Positions 19,281 through 30,197 of a DNA stretch of 64,000 nt are shown in pieces. The position numbers were made by a program, and so were the translations under genes. The number at the start of each line of letters is the position of its first letter. Positions within the stretch are counted from its first letter, which is position 1. The DNA lies in IMG/VR virus record IMGVR_UViG_3300042691_013609, positions 32,001 through 96,000 of that record; one strand, written 5' to 3'. The DNA comes from a virus. The notes beneath the pieces were generated by a model. It saw nothing but the letters and a program-made list of their open reading frames with translations. It did no database searches and was not told where the DNA came from.

Positions 19281-19769
19281 TCATGATTTATTTAAAATTT
19301 TAAACCTAATTTGTGTGCCTCTTATTATTTTACTTTTCCAAGCAAAAGGGCCACTCGCGCCTTCTTCTTCATACATATATAAACTTGCTTCTTTAATAGA
19401 AGAAAATACCTTATTAGTTTGTGTATCTAAAACTTTTCTGCTACAGACCTCTTTTGATTTTTTAGTCATCTCAGCCAAATATTCTGAATCGTTTTTTATC
19501 CTGCCTTTATCTACGGCATCTTGCCAATTATCTTTGGCTGAACCTAAGAATAGATGATCCGGGTTAACACATTTTCTATTGTCACATGAGTGACATACAT
19601 ACATACCTTTAGGAATCTCTCCTTTATGTAGAGTATAAGAAAGCCTGTGGGCATCTAATACTTTTCCATCTACTTTGATAGCGCCATAACCTGTCTTACC
19701 TCTTAGACCGGCCGTCCATTCCCAACATCCGTCTTCTATCTTATTTATTTTACTATAAAACCTTTCCAT
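19281..19769 (-). CDS. HNH homing endonuclease (HNH_3-like plus NUMOD1-like)
   Basis: CWEW..GYG..AHRLSY..VCHSCDNRKCVNPDHLFLG..DN. Confidence 0.9.
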   Translation of the reverse strand: MERFYSKINKIEDGCWEWTAGLRGKTGYGAIKVDGKVLDAHRLSYTLHKGEIPKGMYVCHSCDNRKCVNPDHLFLGSAKDNWQDAVDKGRIKNDSEYLAEMTKKSKEVCSRKVLDTQTNKVFSSIKEASLYMYEEEGASGPFAWKSKIIRGTQIRFKILNKS

Positions 19770-19787
19770 TTATTTTACTTTTTTTAA

Positions 19788-19912
19788 AAAGATATGTGGT
19801 GTCGCTCCACTGCCTCTACAACCTAAGAATTTCGCTCAAAAGGGACTTCTAGAACTTATGTCCGTTTCGTACTAATCCGAATTGCTAACACCATTTTTGA
19901 ATGGATATCTTT
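19788..19912 (-). ncRNA. Candidate multibranch structured RNA upstream of the HNH gene
   Basis: Outer stem AAAGATAT/ATATCTTT, TGGTGT/ACACCA, inner hairpins TTCG/CGAA and GGAC/GTCC. Confidence 0.4.
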
Positions 19913-19929
19913 GTATTAATTGTGGTCAC

Positions 19930-20121
19930 TCATAACCATTTTCCAAATCTAAAATTAGTAAACCCTATTCCAGATATATCTGGATCATTTTTATATATCT
20001 CTTCTAATTCTTTATAATACGGAGATTCTTTAGGTTCGCTAGTAGCCTCTGTTTTATACAGTATTTTTTCACATGGTTTATCTCTACGAAGATAATAAAA
20101 AATATATTCTCGTTTTGCCAT
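19930..20121 (-). CDS. Small hypothetical protein
   Basis: 63-aa ORF with A-rich leader. Confidence 0.55.
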   Translation of the reverse strand: MAKREYIFYYLRRDKPCEKILYKTEATSEPKESPYYKELEEIYKNDPDISGIGFTNFRFGKWL

Positions 20122-20142
20122 TCTATTTTTTATTTTATTATT

Positions 20143-20478
20143 TTAAAAACCCGCAAGATACATGATGCGTCCATCAGTAGAGCTTGCAGGATACGTTACA
20201 ATTTATACCTTGGGCTATTCATTGTAACAAGAAGACCAGAGGGCAGTTCTTTGGGATGCTTCCTGGTACGTTATTAAAAAGCCAGGAAAGCGAGCGTGGA
20301 CACCACGCTCCTAAACTCTCCTAGCACGAAATTCTCCACTAAGTCTCGGTATACACAACATAGGAGAATTAGAAATAGGGAGCTACCCATCTTTCCTATA
20401 ACCGATCGCATCCTATAGAGGCTGGTAGTATTATTCCACCCAGAAGTTTAAAACTTCCTTTCATTGCACCTATAGCGA
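20143..20478 (-). ncRNA. Large (~330 nt) multi-hairpin non-coding RNA directly downstream of the tRNA
   Basis: At least 7 stems (e.g. AATTCTCC/GGAGAATT, GAGCGTGG/CCACGCTC, GTTACAAT/ATTGTAAC, CCTGCAAG/CTTGCGGG followed by a U-tract); no ORF; GC above background. Confidence 0.65.
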
Positions 20479-20485
20479 AACTGGG

Positions 20486-20559
20486 TGGGCTAAATAGGGC
20501 TTGAACCTATGACCTACTGATTATGAGTCAGTTGCTCTAACCTACTGAGCTATTAGCCC
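20486..20559 (-). tRNA. tRNA with CAT anticodon (Ile2-lysidine or elongator Met)
   Basis: GGGCTAA/TTAGCCC acceptor, TAGCTCAGTAGGTTAGAGCA D-arm, CTGA-CTCATAA-TCAG anticodon arm, GGTTCAAGCCC T-arm; CCA not encoded. Confidence 0.92.
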
Positions 20560-20572
20560 TTAAAGATGATTA

Positions 20573-20580
20573 CAAATTTA
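20573..20580 (-). promoter_or_regulatory. TAAATTTG -7 promoter element driving the tRNA/ncRNA transcript
   Basis: TAnnTTTG about 14 nt upstream of the tRNA 5' end. Confidence 0.7.
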
Positions 20581-20620
20581 GTACATATTTTTATATTATA
20601 TTGTTAAATGATTGTTAAAT

Positions 20621-20650
20621 ATAGGGGGAGTTTTATTTTCCTCCCCCTAT
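20621..20650 (-). terminator. Hairpin, probable terminator after the primase operon
   Basis: ATAGGGGGAG..CTCCCCCTAT, a perfect 10-bp stem. Confidence 0.6.
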
Positions 20651-20680
20651 CCGTGGCAGACACGTTATCAGAGGCGTATA

Positions 20681-21208
20681 TTATTGGAAGTTAAACTTCT
20701 CTTTGTTTGAATCATACCAAGTAAATAACCTACTATGCTGTAAATTTGGTTGGCTATACGCATTTTCGGGTTTAAAAAATAGGTAATCTAATCTTTTATT
20801 ATACACAGATTCCTCCGTTTCAAAGTAAGAAACAATTAGACTATATATCTCTTTATGGGTAAAAGATGTCTCCGCCCTAAACCAAGCGATAAGTTTTAAT
20901 AGTTTATTTTTTGGACATATTACTAATTCTTCTTCTTTGTATTTATCTAATAGGTAATCGGCAAGTTTCTCATCGTTCTCATGGTAATTAGGTATTTGTA
21001 TCTTGTCTAAGATTTCTTTTCCTTTTTTATTTAATCTTACTTCCCCGTTTTTCAGAGTCTGAGTGTAATCTGATAGATGCAGTATAGTAAAGTTATCAAC
21101 TATGTACTGGTTCAAATCCTCTGTACGATTTTGATGTATCGCTTGCAAAGCCACTATATCTGCTACAGATAGTTCTACTTTTTTCAAGTAGTTAAAATTT
21201 ATATACAT
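20681..21208 (-). CDS. Hypothetical replication-module protein
   Basis: ORF track; downstream of primase. Confidence 0.55.
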   Translation of the reverse strand: MYINFNYLKKVELSVADIVALQAIHQNRTEDLNQYIVDNFTILHLSDYTQTLKNGEVRLNKKGKEILDKIQIPNYHENDEKLADYLLDKYKEEELVICPKNKLLKLIAWFRAETSFTHKEIYSLIVSYFETEESVYNKRLDYLFFKPENAYSQPNLQHSRLFTWYDSNKEKFNFQ

Positions 21209-21561
21209 TGATCTGAATTTTCTATGTTATCTTCCTCCTCTTCTTTAAAGGATACTATGTTGTTGTATTTTATATAAGCTGTTTCCCACCTTGCTAAGTA
21301 AGCAGTTATTACTTTTGATTCGTTTTCTGATGTTTTAAAATTTTTAACCAGCCATTTTTGCATTACATAAACATTGCAATTTTGCTCTTTGTCATCAGTC
21401 TCTTCACAGCCTGGTATAAAAGATAGTAACTCACTATTTTTTAGTGGTTCTATTAATTCATAACCATCCCCGACATCATCTAAATAAAAGTTATTCCTTC
21501 TTTCATAAACAACCTGCCCAGGTTTTAACTTACTTTTTGTTAACTTCTTCAATTTTTTCAT
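21199..21561 (-). CDS. Hypothetical protein
   Basis: ORF overlaps both neighbours. Confidence 0.55.
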   Translation of the reverse strand: MKKLKKLTKSKLKPGQVVYERRNNFYLDDVGDGYELIEPLKNSELLSFIPGCEETDDKEQNCNVYVMQKWLVKNFKTSENESKVITAYLARWETAYIKYNNIVSFKEEEEDNIENSDQCI

Positions 21562-22526
21562 ATCAATATCTTTTCTATAAGGCGTTTTAAGGCGGAATAG
21601 CCAAGGTTTACGGCAACTTCGTCTACATCCTTGATACCTTTCGTATATAGGTAATTGGATACGTCTAAAGGCAAATAAACGCCCTTTATACGGCCATTAC
21701 TTTCATTCTCAATACTTTGTGTGCTGTTTTCACCAGCCCGGTCAAAATCTAATAAACAATAAATATTATCATATTGTTTAAAATCATTTTCAATTTCCTT
21801 TAAAAGACCCCTGTAGTTACCTTCAGCTAATACGGAAGTAGTATCAAATGGTAGTTTTAAATTATCAAAAACCATTTTGTCTTTCTTAGAAGATAGTATT
21901 ACTAAATCTTTATTTATATTTTTGAGCGGGGATTCGTAGTTAACTAAAGAGATGTTGTGCGACATCCACTTTAAATCACCTTGATCCATAGGACTATACA
22001 ACTTCCAAGAAGACTTGTCACCCCTCATGTAATATATAAACTTAGGTAAATCAGGAGTTGATGTACATTTAAACTTACCATCTATTAGAAGCATCTTTAA
22101 AGGAAAGACTAAGTTGTCAGTGAGTTGTGCTTCTGTTACTCCCCTTTTATCCCAATACTCCAACTCAAACTTTCTATAAGATGTGAATGGTATTACATCT
22201 CTTTTTACTTGTTTAACATGTTTTTTGCGTACATTTTCTATTGAATGACTATTACCTTTCAGTATTTCCTTTGCTGTTCTCAATGCATCAGCGAACCCAA
22301 CTGATTCGATAGCCATGATAAACTCAAAAATATTACCACCTTCACCAGTACCAAAGTCTTTCCATCTTATGTTTCCATTTGTTTCGTATGTGGAAAAACT
22401 TGGATTACCCTCGTCTCTTAAAGGAGAGTGTACCCTATAAAATAACTTAACACCGTAGTGTTCATAAATTTGCTCCTGCTCCACAAGAGTAAATAATTTT
22501 TTATCTTGACTAGCAACTAACGCCAT
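21558..22526 (-). CDS. DNA primase (degenerate CHC2-like N-domain plus TOPRIM)
   Basis: SPLR.E.NPSF..WKDFGTGEGG.IF.F; SS.KD; LDFDRAG; KDVDE. Confidence 0.85.
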   Translation of the reverse strand: MALVASQDKKLFTLVEQEQIYEHYGVKLFYRVHSPLRDEGNPSFSTYETNGNIRWKDFGTGEGGNIFEFIMAIESVGFADALRTAKEILKGNSHSIENVRKKHVKQVKRDVIPFTSYRKFELEYWDKRGVTEAQLTDNLVFPLKMLLIDGKFKCTSTPDLPKFIYYMRGDKSSWKLYSPMDQGDLKWMSHNISLVNYESPLKNINKDLVILSSKKDKMVFDNLKLPFDTTSVLAEGNYRGLLKEIENDFKQYDNIYCLLDFDRAGENSTQSIENESNGRIKGVYLPLDVSNYLYTKGIKDVDEVAVNLGYSALKRLIEKILI

Positions 22527-22715
22527 TGTTATTTATTTTTTATTTCTTAATCATTCTTCGTATTTGTAATAATATTTATCAATTAAATAAGATATAAGTG
22601 ATAGTATAAATAGAATAATTACCATTTAGTATTTATATTGTGGGGGGATGTTTTAACCACCACATTTGAAAAAATCAATTCACAAATCAATAATTGGGCA
22701 GCCTCCGCGAATATG

Positions 22716-25700
22716 CTAATCTGTGGAACCTGCTGCTGCGGTAACGTCTTCACCTTTTAAAACTTTATCTAAAAAGTCTTTGAACTTGATTGGTGGTTGC
22801 TTCTTAACATCGTAGAACAAATCGAAATCATCTACATTAACTTGAGACAATATGGAATCCTCCTTCTCATAGAGTGGGTCTGATAAGTTAAACCATTCTT
22901 TTGTTTTGATTATCGCGGAATCTAATTGGACTAGCCCGTCTTTAGTTTCGCCTGATATAGTCCCAATAAAGTCAACACCTAAATGAGAACCATAAACCAT
23001 AGTACCTTTGCTATACTTCATATAATTTATTTAAAATACAAAAATAATGTTTTATTATTAATAAGTCAAGAGTTTTTGAGAATATTTTTTATCTCATCAT
23101 TTGTAGTCCATATCATACTATACGATGGCGCTCCTTTTAATGTAGGTATTTCTCTTACCTCCCCGGAATACTTAGATCTTGGTAACAAATCGAGCGATGC
23201 TTCCATATATTTCATAATGCAATTACTATTAAGTATTGATTTTTTATTTAAAGAGATTGATTCTTTTAATCTCGCCCTGTAGGCGGGGCGGGAGACAATT
23301 GTCTTCACCACCCCTACCTCAAGGGAATCAATAACCAAATCAACTAACCTATGCAAATCACTTTCTATCATTATTATTTATTTACATCAACTACTTGAGA
23401 TACTTTTCTTTTTCTTCCTCTCTTCTTTAAGACTTTTGCCGGCAACTCTGATTTCTCCTGCTGAGGCTTGTAATCACTATGCTTCTTCGCTAATTCAAGT
23501 GCCGTGTAATACACAGATAAAGGGAAGATAGTTGTGATAAGTGCATAGAAAAAGAATCTAAAAGATAAGTCGTGTTGTATATAAGACATACCTATATTGA
23601 TGAATATAGCAAACCATAGATACATAACTGCCAACTTATGGTTGCCTCTGATGGAGAATATAACAATGTACAACTCAACACAGATTGCAAGTAACGCACT
23701 ATGTAACCATGCCCAAAACCCATCGCCAATGAATGTTAGGTTGGCTATTACCATTGCGGTATGCACTGCCTGTAATAAAGAAGTCGCAGTAAGTATCGTG
23801 ATGATCATATTGCGTGACTTAAAAAACTTTTCTAAGTCTGTTTGATTGTTGCTTATTAGGCTCATCTTTTTTTGATTTTGTTTTAAAGTTAAAATAATAT
23901 TCTTTATATCATCCTTGTGAAACCAGTCGTTGTACTTGTCTTTCATTAAGGTCTTACTCCTATCTGATTCTCTATCGAGCCACAAAGATAATGCATCTAA
24001 ATCATTAGCCATATTAAATTAAAAAACTTGTGAGTTTATTTTATTTAGTTGGTCTTTTGTAAATAGGTATTCGTTGCCTGGTTCTAAGTTTATATATGCT
24101 GAGGTCTTCACCTTGTCTACATATATCCTCCCGATAAGCAACCCTTCAAGTTGTTCTAATACTATCTCTTGCATAAAATAATTGTAATTGTTTGTTTAAA
24201 AAATTTCTAAGTCTCTGTTCTTCTTCCATGTCAGACTTTGTATAAAAGTATTCCCTCTTCCTTGATGCTGAATCTTTTAATACTATCTCTAACATATCTT
24301 TTAAGTTTGTTAACTTCCTTCCTTGGCTTGATGTAAGATACCATTTACCATCATCCTCGTAACATCTTATTGGCGGCTTCTTCATATTTGAATTATCGAA
24401 CAAGAAGTTTAATTTAGTAACTGCTTCTTTCTTTGACTCATATGGTTTCTTATCTTCTCTCATTTTAATTTAATTTTTAATTAATCATAATTTCTAATTT
24501 TGTTTGGCTCAATTATTTTCCACGCATTCAATATCCTATCCACACGATTGACATTTAAAACTGCTCTGCCAGCGTGTTTTAAATACAAAGATACGACAGA
24601 TACATGGACACCCGAATACAAAGAAAGCAAACTAATCTCCTTGTGTTGTATAACTTTCCTTATTCTTTTTAGTTGTTCTACTTTATTCATTATAATCTTT
24701 TACAGATATAACAAAATTCTTTATAGTATCGTATGTTCCGACAGGCACTTGTGTTGAATGCTCGTCTATGATATACCCAAACTCATCTGATATAGTTACG
24801 TGTGACATATCACCAAGCCAAGAGTCTGATACTTTAGAATAGTTTACTTGGTAATTGCTATCATTATAACAAACAATCATATTGTATGAAGTTGTCTTTG
24901 TGCAAGACTCGATGAATGGTGCAGACACACCTGCCGAATTACCATCCCATTCCAAATACTCTATAACCCCTTTATCAAAGGCTTCGTCAATATCTTGATA
25001 GCCATTAACTAAACACCAAAACGTTGCATCTTCAGAGTACTTAAAGAAGTATTCTTCATCATTTAGTTTGGCATAGTAGCCAGAGTTCATACCTTCTCCG
25101 GTAGCGGAGCAAACCTTAGCATAATTGATTCTCATCATTGTTGTATTATTTGGTCAGAAAAATAAATGTCAATACTAATACCATCATAGTTTGTATAGTT
25201 GCCTGCATCCACATACTCAGACAAATCTTCTTCTGAGATGTCCCCTTCTTCTTCACGTATTAAATCCATGAACATCTGTTCTGCATCTACAATTACATCA
25301 GATGATTTTTCCTCGTCAGTAATTATGTAGGAGTATGATTCACTAATCATACCCCTATCAGTTTTTAAAACGTTGATTATTCTCATATCTATTTTAATTT
25401 ATCATCTAAGAAATCTTCCAATAAATCAAAGAACTCTCCGTCTTCTAAAGGAAGATCTCTTGTAGCGAGAAAATGTTCAAACTCAAATGTCAAGTCTTCG
25501 GCTAATTCGTAGAGACCACCTATACCTTGCATGGTATCAATCGTAATTATTTTATCAGAGGTCTCAGCGTTGCTCATAATATAAGACGCTATTTCAAAAT
25601 GTGTTTCTAATAAATTAGACAGACCTCTTGGTGTTTGAATGTGTTGTGTTATTTGCTGCATTGTATTTATTTTAATTAATAAGATACTATTATTTCATCT

Positions 25701-27367
25701 GAGTCTAAGTACATTTCATATGGAGCATTGGCGTATGCCTTATCAATCATATCTTGTATGTCTTTGTCAGCGTCTATGTAAGGTACAATATCATTGTCGT
25801 TAAGGTTATTAGGTACTTCTACGATAAGTTCTATCTCCTTAAAGAACTTTACTATACCTGTCAATTTGATTTGTCTTGTTTCCATTTTAATTTAATTTTC
25901 TTTTGTGTATAAAACATAAGATACAAATACCCCAGACAATGATAAGTCATTGTTTAAGTCATCCATAAAGTCAGATATCCTTTCGACTGATATATAATCC
26001 TCATTGATATCGCTAAACTCTCTTTGAATCATATCCTTAACATACCATTGACCAGACCCTTCGTAGTCGGGCGGTGATGTGAAGACACTATTCTCCAACT
26101 TTTCGCATACCTTACGTGCGTTATGGTAGAATACCCTTATTAATACTATAAATATTTCGTGTTTCATTTTAATTTGTTTTACCAAGATGCTAAATAAGTA
26201 TAGCCAACCCATACATCATCGTCTTCGTCAATGTCATCAATCTCATTCTGCAATATATCTATTGTGAACTCTACATCTTTAATATAAAATTCATCAACCT
26301 CTTGACCGCCAAAAAAGAAACCAGCGACAGGTGGCATCAACTCCTCAGCACACGCATAGTTTGCGTCACGTATCGCGATAAGCATATCAAGTATGTTTGT
26401 CAAGTCTTCCTTTGTAAGTCGTACCTCTTGGCAATTGTCTACTTGATTTGCAAAGTTCTCAATTATATATCCGTGTAGTGCGTTGAACTTTCTCCAATAG
26501 GCTACCTCTTCTTTGATGTAGGCTACTCTTTCTGGTTTAATCTTTGTGGCATGACCACCTCTTTTTACATCAACATCAAATCTCTCTTCTTTAGAAGAGA
26601 ACGACCAATTCTTTACGTAAGTTTGTTTGTATAAATACATATCAAGTCCCATAATTATTTATTTAATAAGTTAATATAATTGTTTGCCTCCTCTTGAGAC
26701 CTAAACTGACCTATGCTTTCAACTATCTTCTCGTTGTAAACCTCGACCAACTCGTACCAAAAGTGATTGTACCTTGAATGAATAATTCTGTACTCTCCTT
26801 GTTTGTTTGTCTTTACTGCTTCCATATCATACAAATAATTGTTCACAATATTCATCGAACTCTTGTTCGGTACAGCAGGACAGGTACTCTTTCTCTTCGG
26901 TTGCTTCAGAACTTGTATTCCAATTTGTTATCTCCAAATCAGTAAGCCTTATAACGGCTGTGTAGTTATTCCAAATCTCTTGGAAGAATTGAAACTTGTT
27001 TGTCTCTCTAATTAAGTGTGTCATAATAAATATTTAATCGTTAAAGAATTCGCTCTCATTTATGAGCCACAAAGATAATATAACTAAAGCAATTAACAAA
27101 ATAATCATTGGAATATTTTTAGTTTCAAGGAATAAGTAACTCATCAATGTGACCAACCACGTTACATTCTAAATCAAATACTGCATTCATAACAGATGAA
27201 TCTGTGTACCATCGCTTAACGAACCTAACTAAGTCACTATGGGATACCCTCTCTTGGGTAGTGAATGAAGCAAAGTCATCTGCTAACTTTTCATTGTCTC
27301 TATCTAAAAAGTGTTTCAATACATCGGATGAGAAGTAATAAGTCTCTGAAAATATTTTATGTGCCAT
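22716..27367 (-). other. Cluster of about 14 small hypothetical CDSs, including a multi-pass membrane protein (23374-24012) and an MGLDMYL..YWRK family protein (26179-26652)
   Basis: ORF track; dense, co-oriented, A/T-rich leaders. Confidence 0.65.
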
Positions 27368-27463
27368 GTTAAATTATTTTATTAGTTAAAAAATATTGTG
27401 CGTTATTGTTTGAGTGTATAACTCTGTACTCGCCTTGCTTGTTTTTTTTCATATCCATTGTAT

Positions 27464-27904
27464 TTAACTAAACATATACTCACCGAAAAGAATGTACTGC
27501 AACAGAACGTCGCAGTCCTCAGCATCAGACTCTTCATGATACACCCTATCGAATGCTAATTGGAATGCATCGCTTGGTTCTTCTTCTAAGAATTTCCACA
27601 AGGCTTTCTCTACTACATCTAAGGTAAGGGGGGTTATTTGCACATCGAAACCTTCTTTGAGTACAAACTTTATATCGCCACCTGCAATAATCATCTCAGC
27701 ATATATACACTCAAGCGTTTGGTCTAATTTTTGTTTCGCCAATCGAGACCTTGCTTCTCTATACTTCTCCTTGTCCCAATCAATATAGAATCCATACGCA
27801 CTAAAGTAATAGATGCCATCTGAAAGAATGGTGGAAATAAAATCTCTATAAGAGATCGTAACTTCCTTACAGATACGGAACGTTCCGTTGTGTGTGTTTG
27901 TCAT
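27464..27904 (-). CDS. Hypothetical protein, paralog of 27925-28335
   Basis: Shared MTNT, G.YYFS.YG and DAE.CDV.LQ.IL.G motifs. Confidence 0.7.
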   Translation of the reverse strand: MTNTHNGTFRICKEVTISYRDFISTILSDGIYYFSAYGFYIDWDKEKYREARSRLAKQKLDQTLECIYAEMIIAGGDIKFVLKEGFDVQITPLTLDVVEKALWKFLEEEPSDAFQLAFDRVYHEESDAEDCDVLLQYILFGEYMFS

Positions 27905-27924
27905 TGTGTTTGTTTTTAATTAGG

Positions 27925-28335
27925 TTAACCAAATATAATATCTCCATAAAGAATACATTGCAGTATTACATCACACGTCTCAGCATCGTCCTCCTCTGCT
28001 AAGAGAGTGTCTACTGCATTGGTAAAAGTGGGGTTGACCCCATACAAGTTCTTTAAACCATCTTCAACAGATTGTAGCGTTAGGTCTGCGTTCATCTCAC
28101 CATCACCCTCTATGTCATCAAAATGTAACGTATAACCATCAATAATCATTTGAGTTAATACATCCTCCCATGCTGGGTCTGAAAGTGTAGAACTTTCTTT
28201 TGTAAGTTCATAACCCTTTCGGCTATAGTTTAACTGAATGCCGTATCCGGAAAAGTAATACATACCATTACATAGTAAGTTGCAGATAAATTCTCTGATG
28301 TGAGGGGTCTTATCTATTTGAAGTGTGTTTGTCAT
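27925..28335 (-). CDS. Hypothetical protein, paralog of 27464-27904
   Basis: Same shared motifs as its neighbour. Confidence 0.7.
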   Translation of the reverse strand: MTNTLQIDKTPHIREFICNLLCNGMYYFSGYGIQLNYSRKGYELTKESSTLSDPAWEDVLTQMIIDGYTLHFDDIEGDGEMNADLTLQSVEDGLKNLYGVNPTFTNAVDTLLAEEDDAETCDVILQCILYGDIIFG

Positions 28336-28361
28336 TGTGTTTTATTTATTTGATTAATTAA

Positions 28362-28922
28362 TTACTTAATGAATTCTCTATAAAATTTCGTAAACCTCTG
28401 CACGAATCTATCGTTAGCAAACAAATCAGATAACGTTGGTGCAACGATATTGCAATAATTTCTTTCCTCCTGCACTACTCTGTAAGTTCCGTCTAATACG
28501 ACGTATGTCTCCCCATTATCAGCAGTGTACCTTTTGCCGTGAGCATAGTACTTTATTACTAAAAATGAAGTGTCAGACTTGCCCTTTATTATTATTTTTC
28601 CAAGAATGTTGTCTCTTTCGTAATCCGGAAGACCTTTCCATTCGTCATCTAACCATATGCTTAATTCGATTTGCATTGTTGGCGGCATATCTTGCTTGAG
28701 CAAATTGAAATCTGTTTCAAGTAACTCTACCAATGGTTTAACCATTGACTTATTTATTATCCTTGCCTCCTCTATCTGCGCTTTAGAACGCTGATTGTCG
28801 GCATCTAAAACTGAGATATCGAAAAAGTTGAAAGACTTGTTTGCAAAGTTTCTTTGCTCGTTGAAAGACAAGAACTCTTGTGTAATTGAGTTAATAATTT
28901 CTTGTTGATTCTGTGTTAACAT
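28362..28922 (-). CDS. Hypothetical protein
   Basis: 186-aa ORF. Confidence 0.65.
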   Translation of the reverse strand: MLTQNQQEIINSITQEFLSFNEQRNFANKSFNFFDISVLDADNQRSKAQIEEARIINKSMVKPLVELLETDFNLLKQDMPPTMQIELSIWLDDEWKGLPDYERDNILGKIIIKGKSDTSFLVIKYYAHGKRYTADNGETYVVLDGTYRVVQEERNYCNIVAPTLSDLFANDRFVQRFTKFYREFIK

Positions 28923-29045
28923 TTTAATTATATTTAATTGTTTAATAAAATTAATTTTAAGGTACTTGCGGTGCGTTCTGTTGGACTTTCTCCTATCAAG
29001 TGGTACTTGGTATCATATAATAAAAGAAAGTCCATTAGAATCGAT

Positions 29046-29261
29046 TTAAAAAGCCATCTCTCTTTTTGCTTTTTTATCTGCAAGATAAAGTTCTTTATGT
29101 GCTTTAGACCAATAGGCGTGACCCTCAATGGTATCACCCCATATGAAAGCCTCTTCCAATGTCTTCTGATAAATAGATAACTCAGTTAATCCTGGGCGTT
29201 GTTCCAAAGCGTTGGCTATTGCTCTGTGTCTGAGTACGAGTGGGAGTTTTGCAATTGTCAT
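29046..29261 (-). CDS. Small hypothetical protein (AFIW..T.EG..YW motif)
   Basis: ORF track; palindrome about 17 nt upstream. Confidence 0.6.
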   Translation of the reverse strand: MTIAKLPLVLRHRAIANALEQRPGLTELSIYQKTLEEAFIWGDTIEGHAYWSKAHKELYLADKKAKREMAF

Positions 29262-29312
29262 TTTGAAAAAGATTGTAGCAGTTACCTCCGAGGTAACTGC
29301 CGTGTTATAAAA

Positions 29313-30197
29313 TTAGTTTAGTTGTGCAAGTGCTGCGCTGAATGTGTTCTGTACCAATGTATTCACTGAAGAGTAAAGAAGTTTCTCCTCATTCTTATTC
29401 GACTTGTCATGTGTAGCGTACCTTGTGAACCCATTCACAACAGAGAACAAGTTGTCGCCGGTATTACTCATCTCGATAGCCACACTTCTGTTGATTGCAT
29501 CAAGCATTGTCCGTGACTGCGCACTCATGGTCTTGTAATCCTTTGCTGAAAGACCTGTTACTTTCTTAATGAAAGAATCAAGTTCATTACTATCGATCCT
29601 CAATGATGCCATGCGCCCGAAGTCTATAAGGAACTCATTGTTCTTTTCTATGGTGTTGGCAATGTACCCACACAGATTATAAATCTTCATGTGGTTATTA
29701 GTGGTGTTCTTGAATGACATAACTTGTGAGTGGGGCGAAGATGCACCATTACTGCACCAAAGTCTGTACATATACTCTGTAATGGATGTCTTGGTAAGTC
29801 CGTCAAATCCAGTTCTGAATTCAAGTCTACGCTTTATCACATCTCCAACCATAGGTGAACCTTTTATCTCGGTAGTTGGTAGTGCCAATGTGAATGCCAC
29901 CTTCTTGCCACCATGGTATTCTTTAAAGTCCAAAGTTGAAAGATCGATATTCACATCACAACTCATAACAGACTGCACAATACTCTCAAGCATTATCTCA
30001 AGATTCATTGGTGAATATCTGCTGCCGACTACGCCAAGAGCAGCACCGCCTGAGTTCTTATACACACCGAATGCATCAGGGCTATCGAACATCTCGTTGC
30101 CAGTGTGTAGTTGGATAAGTTTAGGTTCAAACAACTTCTCTCTTACTGCTTCGATGTTGTCGAACTCTCTTTCGATTTGATTTAAAATGTTACTCAT
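29313..30197 (-). CDS. DUF932-family protein
   Basis: LGVVG.RY, GFDG, RLWCSNG, NG.T.YATH motifs. Confidence 0.8.
   Translation of the reverse strand: MSNILNQIEREFDNIEAVREKLFEPKLIQLHTGNEMFDSPDAFGVYKNSGGAALGVVGSRYSPMNLEIMLESIVQSVMSCDVNIDLSTLDFKEYHGGKKVAFTLALPTTEIKGSPMVGDVIKRRLEFRTGFDGLTKTSITEYMYRLWCSNGASSPHSQVMSFKNTTNNHMKIYNLCGYIANTIEKNNEFLIDFGRMASLRIDSNELDSFIKKVTGLSAKDYKTMSAQSRTMLDAINRSVAIEMSNTGDNLFSVVNGFTRYATHDKSNKNEEKLLYSSVNTLVQNTFSAALAQLN

Noticed and set aside
18860-19912. Group I intron carrying the HNH gene
   Set aside because: No interrupted host gene and no recognisable P7/catalytic core could be identified by eye.
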